A DNA stretch of 64,000 nt from an uncultured Gemmatimonadaceae bacterium (GTDB lineage Bacteria > Gemmatimonadota > Gemmatimonadetes > Gemmatimonadales > Gemmatimonadaceae): contig CAVVTZ010000007.1 of assembly GCA_963751275.1 (NCBI GenBank), positions 704,001 through 768,000 of the forward strand. Direction: 5' to 3'. This document shows, one piece after another, positions 10,758 to 19,872 of the stretch. Position numbers and translations under genes: made by a program. The notes beneath the pieces are model-generated. The model had not been told where the DNA came from, searched no databases, and was given only the letters and a program-made list of their open reading frames with translations. The first letter of the stretch is position 1; the number at the start of each line of letters is the position of its first letter.

Positions 10758-10758
10758 G

Positions 10759-12482
10759 TTAGAAGAGCCTCCCGGCCAGCATCAGGAAGTGCTCGACGAT
10801 CGGGCCGAGCGAGAGCGCCGGGAAGAACGTGAGCGCGCTGACGATGAGGATCACGGCCGACGAGCAGCGCGACGAACAACGGCGTCGTGACCGGGAAGGT
10901 GCCCGCCGACTCGGGGACGATGCGCTTCTCGGAGAGGAAGCCGGCGAGCGCGATCATCGGGACGATCATCGCGAAGCGGCCGATGAGCGTGGTGAGTCCG
11001 AGCAGCGTGTTGTAGAAGTAGGTGCCGCCGGTGAGCCCGGCGAAGGCGCTGCCGTTGTTCCCGGCGGTGGAGCTGAAGGCGTAGAGGATCTCCGACAGTC
11101 CGTGCGGTCCGGCGTTGTTGAGTCCCTTGAGGCCCGCCGGCGTCACCGCCGCGATGCCGGTCATCACCAGGATCGCGCCCGCGAAGACCAGCACGTAGAG
11201 CATCGCCATCTGCACCTCGCGCGCCTGGATCTTCTTGCCGAGGTACTCCGGCGTGCGGCCGACCATGAGGCCGGCGATGAACACGGTGAGCACGACCATC
11301 ACGAGCATGCCGTAGAGGCCGGCGCCGACGCCGCCGAAGATCACTTCGCCGAGCTGGATGTTGACCAGCGGGACGAGGCCGCCGATCGGCGTGAACGAGT
11401 CGTGCATGGAGTTGACCGCGCCGCAGCTCGGCGTCGGTGGTCACCGTGGCGAACAGCGCGGAGTTCGCGATGCCGAAGCGCACTTCCTTGCCTTCCATGT
11501 TGCCGCCGGGATTCCCGCGGCGGATACGCGACGTCGACGCCGCGCGCCGCGTGGATCGGGTTCCCCCGCGCCTCGGCCCAGTACGCGGTGGTGACACCGA
11601 TGAGGAAGAGCACGAACATCGCCGCCCAGACCGCCCAGCCGTGCCGCTGGTTCTTCACCATCCGGCCGAGCATGTACGTGAGCGCCGACGGGATCGCGAA
11701 GATCGCGAACATCTGCCAGAAGTTGCTCCACGGCGTCGGGATTCTCGAACGGATGCGCCGAGTTGGCGTTGAAGAAGCCGCCGCCGTTGGTGCCGAGCTG
11801 CTTGATCGCCTCCTGGCTGGCCACCGGTCCCATGGCGAGCATCTGCGTCGCGCCCTCGAGCGTGGTGACCGTCGTGATAGGGGTGGAAGTTCTGGATCAC
11901 GCCCTGCTGCACGAAGAGCAGCGCGAGCACGAACGAGAGCGGCAGCAGCACGTAGAGCGTGCCGCGGGTCAGGTCGACCCAGAAGTTGCCGAGCTTGCCG
12001 GCGCTCTGGCGCGCGATGCCGCGCACGAATGCCACCGCGAGCGCCATGCCCACCGCGGCCGATGCGAAGTTGTGGAACGCCAGCTGGGTCATCTGCGAGA
12101 AGTACGACATCGTCGTCTCGCCCGAGTACGACTGCCAGTTGGTGTTCGTGGTGAAGGACGCCGAGGTCTCGAAGGCCTGGCGGTCGGGCACCGCACCGAG
12201 GTGCTGCGGGTTGAAGGGCAGCAGATGCTGGAGCCGCAGCACCAGGTAGGTGAGCAGCATCGTCGCGAGGCTGAAGATCAGCATCGACGCGGCGTAGCGC
12301 GTCCAGTGCTGGTCTTCGGCGGCATCGATGCCGCACGACGCGGTAGATGAGCGCGCTCGAGCGGCGCGCAGCCATTTGGCGGTGCCGTCGTACACGCGCA
12401 CGAGATACACGCCCAGCGGTTTCGCGACCGCGAGCACCGCGAGCGAGAAGAAGGCGATCTGGAGCCAGCCGTTGATAGTCAT
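10759..12482 (-). CDS. kdpA: K+-transporting ATPase subunit A (several frameshifts)
   Basis: [57 protein letters not shown] and [10 protein letters not shown]; the true frame ends [11 protein letters not shown] at 10759. Confidence 0.95.
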
Positions 12483-12486
12483 GGGA

Positions 12487-12576
12487 TCAGAACTTCTCGG
12501 GACGGAGCAGGGTGTAGAGCAGATAGATGAGGAGGGCGGCGGCCACGACGCCGCCGATCAGCATGTCGGCGGTCAT
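12487..12576 (-). CDS. kdpF: K+-transporting ATPase subunit F
   Basis: Read manually: MTADMLIGGVVAAALLIYLLYTLLRPEKF* (29 aa), immediately upstream of kdpA. Confidence 0.92.
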   Translation of the reverse strand: MTADMLIGGVVAAALLIYLLYTLLRPEKF

Positions 12577-12689
12577 GACTTGGTCTCCGGGGCTTCCTTG
12601 TCGCGACCCAGGCGCTCGCACCCGCGCGTATACCACAGCATCAGCGCGAAGAAAGCGACGGACAGGGCGACATATGCGAGATCGAGCAT
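12573..12689 (-). CDS. 38-aa single-TM small protein upstream of kdpF
   Basis: MLDLAYVALSVAFFALMLWYTRGCERLGRDKEAPETKS*; GAGGA RBS; its stop overlaps the kdpF start (ATGA). Confidence 0.7.
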   Translation of the reverse strand: MLDLAYVALSVAFFALMLWYTRGCERLGRDKEAPETKS

Positions 12690-12738
12690 GGCGTGGTTCC
12701 TCGGGGGTTCGTTCACCGGGAGGAACGCTATGCGCACC

Positions 12739-12790
12739 GGCATAAAAACGGCGTAAGGATTCCAGGCCGGCGGCATAAAAAGAACGTAAA
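12739..12790 (-). promoter_or_regulatory. Putative KdpE-binding boxes (two copies)
   Basis: Minus strand TTTACGTTCTTTTTATGCC (12790-72) and CTTACGCCGTTTTTATGCC (12757-39), 33 bp apart, upstream of the kdp operon; resembles the T-rich E. coli KdpE site. Confidence 0.65.
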
Positions 12791-12828
12791 GGAGGGATAA
12801 TCCCGCCGCGGCCGCGGGACGGGCGGTG

Positions 12829-14403
12829 CTACAATGGTGTGTGTTCTACCGCCGGCAGGAGGAGCTCGAAGACACTGCCGCCGCCCGCGCGCGGCCGGAA
12901 GCGCAGCGCGCCGCCCTGCGCGTCGGCGATCCCGCGCGCGATCGTGAGGCCCAGTCCGGAGCCGCCGGTGTCGGACGGCACGCCCGGCGGACGATAGAAT
13001 GGCTCGAAGATCCGGTCGCGCTCGGCCTCGGGGATCCCCGGGCCGCGGTCGGAAACGGCGAACACGAGCATCCCTCCTTCGCGGCGCGCCTCGATCTCCA
13101 CGCTGGTCGCGCGATCGCTGTACTTGAGCGCGTTCTCGACGAGGTTCCCCAGCGCGCGCAGCGAATGCACGAGATCGAACCTGCCGACGAGCAGTTCGTT
13201 GTCGTCCGGCGCGGTCACGAGCACGCGGCGGCCGTGCAGCACGCCCGCCACGCGCTGCAGCACGGCGCCGATCAATTCCTCGGCGGTGTTCAGCTCCGGG
13301 TGGAAACGCGCGGCGCCGCTGCTGATGCGCGACAGTTCGAGCAGATCGCCCACCACGCGCGCGAGGCGGTCGGCCTCCTCTTCAATGGACTCGGCGCGCT
13401 CGTCGCCCGGCGCGGCGCCCGATTCGCCGATCCGGTGCGCCAGCGCCTTGATCGTGGTGAGCGGCGTGCGCAGGTCGTGCGAGACCGCGGCCATCAGCGC
13501 GTCCTTGAGCCGGTCGGCCTCGCGCAGCGCGTCGGCGCGCCCGGCCTCGGCGGTGAGACGCAGACGCTCGACGCCGAGCGCGGCGTAGTACGCGAGTGCC
13601 GTGAGGAATTGGCGCTGCACGCCGGCCAGCGCGATCCCCTTGGCGTCCACGATGCGCAGCACGCCCACGGCGCGGTCGCGCGCGCGCAACGGGAGTACGA
13701 GCACGCGCGCATCGCCCGGGTCGGGCCACATGATGGCGACCGGCGCGACGCTCGCGGTACCGTCGAGCCGCTCCGTAGCGGACGTGCCGTGCCCCGCGAC
13801 CCAGGTGAGCAGACTGTTCGGATCCGCGAGCGCCGGTCCCGCTTCGGCGCCGCCGTTGCCCGCACTCGCGACGAGACGCAACGCCGGCGCACCGGCACGA
13901 TCCTCCTGCGCGTACACCTCGCAGCGTTCGACACCGAGCGTTTCGCGGATCACACCGCTGATGTGCGCGAGCGCATCCTCGGCGCGCCCGGCGCTGAGCG
14001 ATTCGGCGCCGAGCGTCGCGAGCCGTTGCACCTCGGCGGTGCGATCGCGCGCATCGAGGGCGCGGCGTTCGGCGCGCGAGAGGAGTTGCGCCGCGACGAC
14101 GCTCGTCACGAGGAAGGCCACGAGCACGAACCAATCCAGCGGATTCGTGATGATGAAGGTGTTGTACGGCGGCAGGAACAGGAAATCGAAGAGCAGGAAG
14201 GCAAGCCCCGCGAGCGCGAGGCCGAGCGCGCGTCCGCCGGCCGCGCTGCCCGCGAGCACGATGAGCAAGTACACGAGCGCGAACTGCGCCTTGTCGAGCT
14301 GCGCACGATAGAGGAGGAGCAATGCCGTCGCGGCCGCGAGCGCGACGAGCGACGCGAGCCAGGTGAGGAGCGCGCGAGTGCGCGGCGTCATGCCTTCAGC
14401 CAT
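12829..14403 (-). CDS. kdpD: KdpD-type sensor histidine kinase, C-terminal part only (DUF4118 TM, GAF, HisKA, HATPase); alternative start 14391
   Basis: FDFLFLPPYNTF TM motif, SHDLRTPLT H-box, NLVENALKY, DRGPGI and GSGLGL; no N-terminal KdpD/USP domains. Confidence 0.85.
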   Translation of the reverse strand: MAEGMTPRTRALLTWLASLVALAAATALLLLYRAQLDKAQFALVYLLIVLAGSAAGGRALGLALAGLAFLLFDFLFLPPYNTFIITNPLDWFVLVAFLVTSVVAAQLLSRAERRALDARDRTAEVQRLATLGAESLSAGRAEDALAHISGVIRETLGVERCEVYAQEDRAGAPALRLVASAGNGGAEAGPALADPNSLLTWVAGHGTSATERLDGTASVAPVAIMWPDPGDARVLVLPLRARDRAVGVLRIVDAKGIALAGVQRQFLTALAYYAALGVERLRLTAEAGRADALREADRLKDALMAAVSHDLRTPLTTIKALAHRIGESGAAPGDERAESIEEEADRLARVVGDLLELSRISSGAARFHPELNTAEELIGAVLQRVAGVLHGRRVLVTAPDDNELLVGRFDLVHSLRALGNLVENALKYSDRATSVEIEARREGGMLVFAVSDRGPGIPEAERDRIFEPFYRPPGVPSDTGGSGLGLTIARGIADAQGGALRFRPRAGGGSVFELLLPAVEHTPL

Positions 14404-15121
14404 CGCCGTCGTCCGCGGGCGGCTCGAGGATCAACCGGTAGCCGATGCCGGGTTCCGTGAGGATGAGACGCGGATGAACCGGGTCGCGCTCGAGCTTCCG
14501 CCGCAGATGGCCGACGTACACGCGCAGATACTGCTGCGCGTCGCCGGAGGCGTTGCCCCACACGGCGTGATAGAGCTTCTGATGCGTGGCCGGGCGGTCG
14601 GCGAGGGCGAGCAGGGCGAGCAGGAGATTCCACTCGGTGGGCGTGAGATGCACTTCGTCGCCATCGCGCGTGACGCGGCGCCGCGCGGTGTCGATCACGA
14701 GATGCCCGATCTCGAGTGGCGCCTCGGCGCCGGGCAGCGGCGCCATGCGCGCGCGGCGCAACTGGGCGCGCACGCGCGCGCGGAGTTCGACGATGCTGAA
14801 CGGCTTGGTCACGTAGTCATCGGCGCCCGCGTCGAGCAGCAGCGACTTGTCCTCCTCGCCGGGGCGCGCGGAGAGCACGAGGATCGGCGCGCTCGACCAT
14901 TTCCGCACGGCGCGGCACACTTCAAGGCCGTCCATGTCCGGCAGGCCGAGGTCGAGCACAATGAGGTCGGGCCGCTCCGCTGCGGCGATCGCGATCGCGT
15001 CGCGTCCGGTGGATGCCTCGAGCACGCGCCCCGCCTCGGCGGAGAGCGCGTCGCGGACGAGCGCGCGGATCTTCGGCTCGTCATCGACCACGAGAATCGT
15101 GCCGTTCGCGGCGGCGGTCAT
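14396..15121 (-). CDS. kdpE: OmpR-family response regulator KdpE
   Basis: LVVDDEP, LDLGLPDMDG, GADDYVTKPF, YLRVYVGHLRRKLE and TEPGIGYRL. Confidence 0.9.
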   Translation of the reverse strand: MTAAANGTILVVDDEPKIRALVRDALSAEAGRVLEASTGRDAIAIAAAERPDLIVLDLGLPDMDGLEVCRAVRKWSSAPILVLSARPGEEDKSLLLDAGADDYVTKPFSIVELRARVRAQLRRARMAPLPGAEAPLEIGHLVIDTARRRVTRDGDEVHLTPTEWNLLLALLALADRPATHQKLYHAVWGNASGDAQQYLRVYVGHLRRKLERDPVHPRLILTEPGIGYRLILEPPADDGDG

Positions 15122-15201
15122 CGGGCGCCCGGGTCGCGCATGGCAGAAACGCTGCCACAATGCGCGGGTCCGCGCCACCCTGTCGCCGCCGCGGCAGCGC
15201 C

Positions 15202-16386
15202 ATGATAACTTCGAGCATGGATCGCCCCGAGAGCGGAGACAGCGCGGAGTTCCTCAAGCTCGTCAGCCGCCGCGAGCGCGGGAAGCTCAAGGTGTACATC
15301 GGCTCGGCCGCGGGCGTGGGCAAGACCTACCGCATGCTCACCGAGGCGCACGCGCTCAAGAAGCGCGGCGTGGACGTCGTGGTGGGTTTCATCGAGACGC
15401 ACGGCCGCGCCGAGACCGCCGCGCTGCTCGAAGGACTCGAGAGCGTGCCGACCCGCAGCATCGAGTATCGCGGCGTCACCATGCGAGAGATGGATGTGGA
15501 CGCGGTGATCGCGCGCAAACCGACCGTGGTGCTCGTGGACGAACTGGCGCACACCAACGTGCCGGGCTCCAAGTTCCGGAAGCGCTGGGAGGATGTGCTG
15601 GCGATCATCGACGCGGGGATCAACGTCATCTGTGCGGTGAACGTGCAGCACCTCGAGTCGCTGAACGACGTGATCCAGCAGACGCTGGGCGTCACGGTGC
15701 GTGAGACCGTGCCGGACTGGGTGATCTCGCAGGCGGATCAGGTGGTGAACATCGATCTCAGTGCGGAGGACCTCCGCGACCGGCTCGCCGAGGGAAAGAT
15801 CTACGGACGCGAGAAGATCCCCGCGGCGCTCGAGAATTTCTTCACGGCCGAGAACCTGACGACGCTGCGCGAGCTGGCGCTGCGCGAGGTGGCGAGCTCG
15901 GTGGACCGCGTGCGCGAGGCGATCGTGCGCCGCGAGACGGGGCAGGCGCCGGTGCCGCGCACCGCGGACCGCATCATGGTGGCGATGTCGAGCGACCCGC
16001 CGCGCACGGCGTCGTTGTTGCGTCGCGCGAGCCGGATCGCCGGGCGGCTCAACACCGACTGGTTCTGCGTGTACGTGCAGACGCCGCACGAGCGCGCCGA
16101 CCGGATCGACACCGCGATCCAGCGGCGCCTGGTGGACAACATCCAGAAGGCGCAGTCGATGGGCGCGATGGTGGTGAAGCTCGAGGACCCCGACGTGCCG
16201 GCGGCGCTCAAGCGCTTCGCGCGCGAGCAGGGGATCGCGCTCCTGATCCTCGGCGCCAGCCGGCGCACGTGGTGGCAGCGTGTCCGCCGGGGATCCGTGG
16301 TGGACGCGATGATCAATGACCCCGGCGGCCTCGACTTGCTGATCGTGGACAGCGATCGGGAAGAACCCGCCGCGGAGATCCCATGA
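15202..16386 (+). CDS. Stand-alone KdpD N-terminal sensor domain plus USP domain (alternative start 15217)
   Basis: RGKLKVYIGSAAGVGKTYRML, DELAHTN, NVQHLESLND, VRETVPD and LRELALRE, then a USP-like domain; no TM or kinase domain. Confidence 0.88.
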   Translation: MITSSMDRPESGDSAEFLKLVSRRERGKLKVYIGSAAGVGKTYRMLTEAHALKKRGVDVVVGFIETHGRAETAALLEGLESVPTRSIEYRGVTMREMDVDAVIARKPTVVLVDELAHTNVPGSKFRKRWEDVLAIIDAGINVICAVNVQHLESLNDVIQQTLGVTVRETVPDWVISQADQVVNIDLSAEDLRDRLAEGKIYGREKIPAALENFFTAENLTTLRELALREVASSVDRVREAIVRRETGQAPVPRTADRIMVAMSSDPPRTASLLRRASRIAGRLNTDWFCVYVQTPHERADRIDTAIQRRLVDNIQKAQSMGAMVVKLEDPDVPAALKRFAREQGIALLILGASRRTWWQRVRRGSVVDAMINDPGGLDLLIVDSDREEPAAEIP

Positions 16387-17381
16387 GGGTCGGCCAGCGG
16401 TTGATGCTCGCGGTGGTGCCGGCGGTGGTCGGCGTGTTCGCCGTGGCCGCGCTCGCGTATTGGGGGCAGTACGCGCATCAAGCGCCCGAGATGGTGATCG
16501 TCGTGGCCGCGGCGGCGGCGTTCGTCTCGCTGGTGCTCGCGTGGCGGAACACGCGCTACGTGGCGCATCGTGTGAGCCAGCTGGCGGCGCGCGCGCGCGA
16601 AGAGCCGGGCGCGGAAAGCGGCGGCTCGCGCGACGAGTTGGATGAGATCGAGCGGACGGTGCACGGCCTGAGCGACGAGGTGCGCGCCGTGGAGAGCGCA
16701 CGCGCCGCGCGCGAAGCCGCCGCCGACCGCCGCACGGAGGAGATGGCGGCGCTGCTCAACGATCTCACCGCGCGGCTCGCCGACGGCATGCGCGATGTGC
16801 AGCTGCCGCTCCACATCCTGCTGGAGTCGCCGTTCGGCGAACTGAACGAGAACCAGGAGGAGATGCTCCAGTCCGCGCGCGATGCGGCGGAGGCGGCGGA
16901 GGTGCAATTGCGCCAGGTGCGGAAGTTCGTGGAGCTGGAGCGCGGCCAGGTGGAGATCCAGGTGAAGCCCGCGGGCCTTGCGGAGTTGCTGCGGCCCGTG
17001 CTCGCGATCGCCGAAGCGCGCGCGGCCAAGCGCAATGTGGCGCTGCAGTCATCGGTCTCGCCCGAGGCGCCCCGGGTGCTGGTCGACCCGATGCACGCGC
17101 AGGAGGCGGTGACGCTCGCGCTGAGCGACGCGGTGGACCGCGTGGCCGCCGGCGGCGAGGTGAGCGTGGAGGCCGCCGAGAGTGCGCCGGGCACAGTCAC
17201 CATTCGGGTGACCGGGATCGCAGCGGATGCGCCGCCCTCGCTGCCGCTGCGTCTCGCGGAGCGGCTGATCCGCGCGCAGGGAGGATCGCTGCAGTCCGTG
17301 AGAGGAGAACTGCGGATCGAACTGAAGGCCGAGGGGCTGCGAGCGACGCGCGCCTCCACATTCCAGGGCGGACCCGTTTAG
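16383..17381 (+). CDS. Membrane protein with a degenerate histidine-kinase-like C-terminus (putative pseudokinase)
   Basis: Two TM helices, HAMP-like DELDEI segment, HisKA-like LHILLESPFGELNENQEEML and AQGGSL tail; no HExxTP, N or G boxes; ATGA overlap with the upstream gene. Confidence 0.6.
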   Translation: MRVGQRLMLAVVPAVVGVFAVAALAYWGQYAHQAPEMVIVVAAAAAFVSLVLAWRNTRYVAHRVSQLAARAREEPGAESGGSRDELDEIERTVHGLSDEVRAVESARAAREAAADRRTEEMAALLNDLTARLADGMRDVQLPLHILLESPFGELNENQEEMLQSARDAAEAAEVQLRQVRKFVELERGQVEIQVKPAGLAELLRPVLAIAEARAAKRNVALQSSVSPEAPRVLVDPMHAQEAVTLALSDAVDRVAAGGEVSVEAAESAPGTVTIRVTGIAADAPPSLPLRLAERLIRAQGGSLQSVRGELRIELKAEGLRATRASTFQGGPV

Positions 17382-17446
17382 CTTTCCTGTCCGCGGCCCG
17401 ACGGTCGCGCGTCCATCAGCCCGAACACTCCATCCCGAATTCCTCA

Positions 17447-18196
17447 ATGACTCTGCGCGCCCGTCGTGCCTGCCTGATCGTTGGCGCCGCTCTCGCCGCC
17501 GCCGTCTCGTCCGCGCGCGCGCAGGATGCGGCGCCCAAGGACACGGTCAAGAAGTTCGCCGCCGTGTTCAACCTGGGCCTCGTGAATTCCTCGGGGAACA
17601 CCTCGCTCACCACCCTTTCGCTGGGCGATGAGATCACGATCCACGATAAAGCGTGGACGTTCAAGCAGGTGCTCGGCTACGTCTACGGCGAAACCGACAA
17701 GGTCGAGACGGCGAACCAGCTCGCGATTGGCGTGCGCGCCGAGCGCGCGATCGGATCCCGATTCGGGGTCTATCTGGGCGGGCGCTTCTATCGCGACCCG
17801 TACGCCGGCATCGCCCAGCGCTACAGCGAACAGGTTGGCGGCCTCTGGCACGCCGTGATCGCGCCGAAGGACCTGCTCGACTTCGAAGCCGGCGTCGGGT
17901 TGACGCAGGAACGCACGACCAATGACTCGAGCAGTGACTTTCCGAACGGGCGAGTCGCCCTGATGTACCGCCACAGCTGGCAGAAGAGGACGTACTTCCA
18001 GGAGACGGCCGAGTTCCTGCCCGATCTCCAGGACTCCGAGAACTATCGCTCGAACTCGCTCACCGAGCTGCTGGCGCCGTTGTCCGAAAGCATCTCGATG
18101 CGGCTCGCGTATGCGATCGCGTACAACAACAAGCCGCCTTCGGGCAAGAAGGACGCGGACCGGGTGCTGACCGCGGGAATCCAGCTCAGCTTCTAG
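17447..18196 (+). CDS. DUF481/YdiY-like outer-membrane beta-barrel protein
   Basis: Signal peptide, NSSGNT motif, alternating beta-strand pattern, YNNKPP, C-terminal Phe. Confidence 0.75.
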   Translation: MTLRARRACLIVGAALAAAVSSARAQDAAPKDTVKKFAAVFNLGLVNSSGNTSLTTLSLGDEITIHDKAWTFKQVLGYVYGETDKVETANQLAIGVRAERAIGSRFGVYLGGRFYRDPYAGIAQRYSEQVGGLWHAVIAPKDLLDFEAGVGLTQERTTNDSSSDFPNGRVALMYRHSWQKRTYFQETAEFLPDLQDSENYRSNSLTELLAPLSESISMRLAYAIAYNNKPPSGKKDADRVLTAGIQLSF

Positions 18197-18224
18197 TCAG
18201 CCTTCGACCGTGTTCAGGGAGTGG

Positions 18225-18434
18225 AACGACTCTGAACGAATGACAGCGCGAAAACTGACGAATCCGGCGAATCACTCCACGTGCGGCGAGGGCCCGGCGC
18301 CGCGCGGGCGGGCACGTGTTCTTGTTGTTGACCAGAAAGGCACGGGCCTTCCAACGGGGCATTGAAGATGATCCGCGCACGGAGCGATTCGCCGGATTCG
18401 TCAGTTTTCGTGCTGCTATTCGTTCACAGTCGTT
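18225..18434. repeat. Inverted-repeat element (54-bp arms) with the central GTTAAC-family motif in reverse orientation
   Basis: Arms 18225-18278 and 18381-18434 (5 mismatches); centre gtgttcttgttgttgaccagaaaggcac at 18316-18343. Confidence 0.85.
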
Positions 18435-18501
18435 TGCGGTTGCGGTTCACGAGGGACCCCGACCGTTGACTGATGACGTGCAATGGCGTCAGCTTAGCCC
18501 A

Positions 18502-19434
18502 ATGAAATACGTCGTCACCGGCGGAGCCGGCTTCATTGGCTCGCATCTCGTAGAGCATCTCGTCGGGAGCGGCCACAGAGTGACCGTCCTCGACGATTTC
18601 TCATCCGGGAAGCGCGAGAACATCGCGCCGTGGCTCGGCAAGATCACGCTCGTCGAGGGGAGCATCACCGATCCCGCCGTGTGCGCGCGCGCGATCGGCG
18701 GCGCCGATTTCGTGCTGCACGAGGCGGCGGTGCCGTCGGTGCCGCGCTCGGTGGCGGATCCCGTCACGTCGCACGCCGTGAATGCGACGGGGACGCTGAA
18801 CGTGCTCATCGCGGCGCGCGACGCCAAGGTGAAGCGCGTCGTGTTCGCGGCCTCTTCATCCGCGTACGGCGATACCGTCGAACTGCCCAAGCACGAAGGG
18901 ATCGTGCCGAGGCCGCGCTCGCCCTACGCCGCGGCCAAGTTGCTCGGTGAGAGCTATTGCCGCGCCTTCCACGCGTCGTACGGGCTGCCGGCGATCAGCC
19001 TGCGGTATTTCAATGTCTTCGGGCCGCGGCAAGATCCGGAGTCGCAATACGCCGCGGTGGTGCCGAAGTTCATCGCGGCCGCGCTCGCAGGCACGCCGCC
19101 CACGATCTACGGCGACGGCGGGCAGACGCGCGATTTCACCTATGTCGAGAATGTCGTGCGCGCGAACCTCGCCGCGTGCACCGCGCCCGACGCGGCGCTC
19201 GGCGAGGTGTTCAACATCGGATGCGGCGAACGAATGAGCGTGCTCGAACTCTGGCGGCGCATCGCGAAGCTCACCGGCGCCACGGTGAAGCCGCGCCACG
19301 AGCCGGAGCGCGCCGGCAATGTGCGCGACTCGCTCGCGTCGCTCGACCGCGCCAAGGCACTCCTCACGTGGGCCCCCACGATCGGCCTCGACGAAGGGCT
19401 CGCGCGCACGCTCGCGGCGGCGCGCCGCGGATAA
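18502..19434 (+). CDS. NAD-dependent nucleotide-sugar epimerase/dehydratase (SDR, WbpP/GalE-like)
   Basis: VTGGAGFIGSH, SVPRSV, SPYAAAK and LRYFNVFGPRQDP. Confidence 0.9.
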   Translation: MKYVVTGGAGFIGSHLVEHLVGSGHRVTVLDDFSSGKRENIAPWLGKITLVEGSITDPAVCARAIGGADFVLHEAAVPSVPRSVADPVTSHAVNATGTLNVLIAARDAKVKRVVFAASSSAYGDTVELPKHEGIVPRPRSPYAAAKLLGESYCRAFHASYGLPAISLRYFNVFGPRQDPESQYAAVVPKFIAAALAGTPPTIYGDGGQTRDFTYVENVVRANLAACTAPDAALGEVFNIGCGERMSVLELWRRIAKLTGATVKPRHEPERAGNVRDSLASLDRAKALLTWAPTIGLDEGLARTLAAARRG

Positions 19435-19872
19435 GTGCGCGTCCTCCTCCAGCGCGTCTCGCGCGCAGAAGTCCGCGTGAATGGCCAGGCGACCGGCACG
19501 ATCGGCCGCGGCTTCTTGCTGCTGGTGGGCGTCACGCACACCGACACGGAGGCACAGGTCGCGTGGATGGCCGAGAAGGTCGCAGGGCTGCGGCTGTTCG
19601 GCGACGCGGAGGGCAAGATGAACCTCGCGCTCGCCGACGTCGGCGGCGCGGTGCTCGTGGTGTCGCAGTTCACGCTGTACGGGAACGCCGAGAAGGGGCG
19701 GCGGCCGAGCTTCATCGACGCGGCGCGGCCGGATCTCGCGCAACCCCTGTACGAGCGCTTCGTCGCGCTGCTGCGCGAGCAGCAGCTCACGGTGGCCACC
19801 GGGGAGTTCGGCGCGATGATGGATGTCGAGCTCGTGAACGACGGGCCCGTCACGCTCTGGCTCGAGAAGTGA
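19435..19872 (+). CDS. dtd: D-aminoacyl-tRNA deacylase
   Basis: LQRVSRAEV, VVSQFTL, GRRPSF and NDGPVT motifs. Confidence 0.95.
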   Translation: MRVLLQRVSRAEVRVNGQATGTIGRGFLLLVGVTHTDTEAQVAWMAEKVAGLRLFGDAEGKMNLALADVGGAVLVVSQFTLYGNAEKGRRPSFIDAARPDLAQPLYERFVALLREQQLTVATGEFGAMMDVELVNDGPVTLWLEK

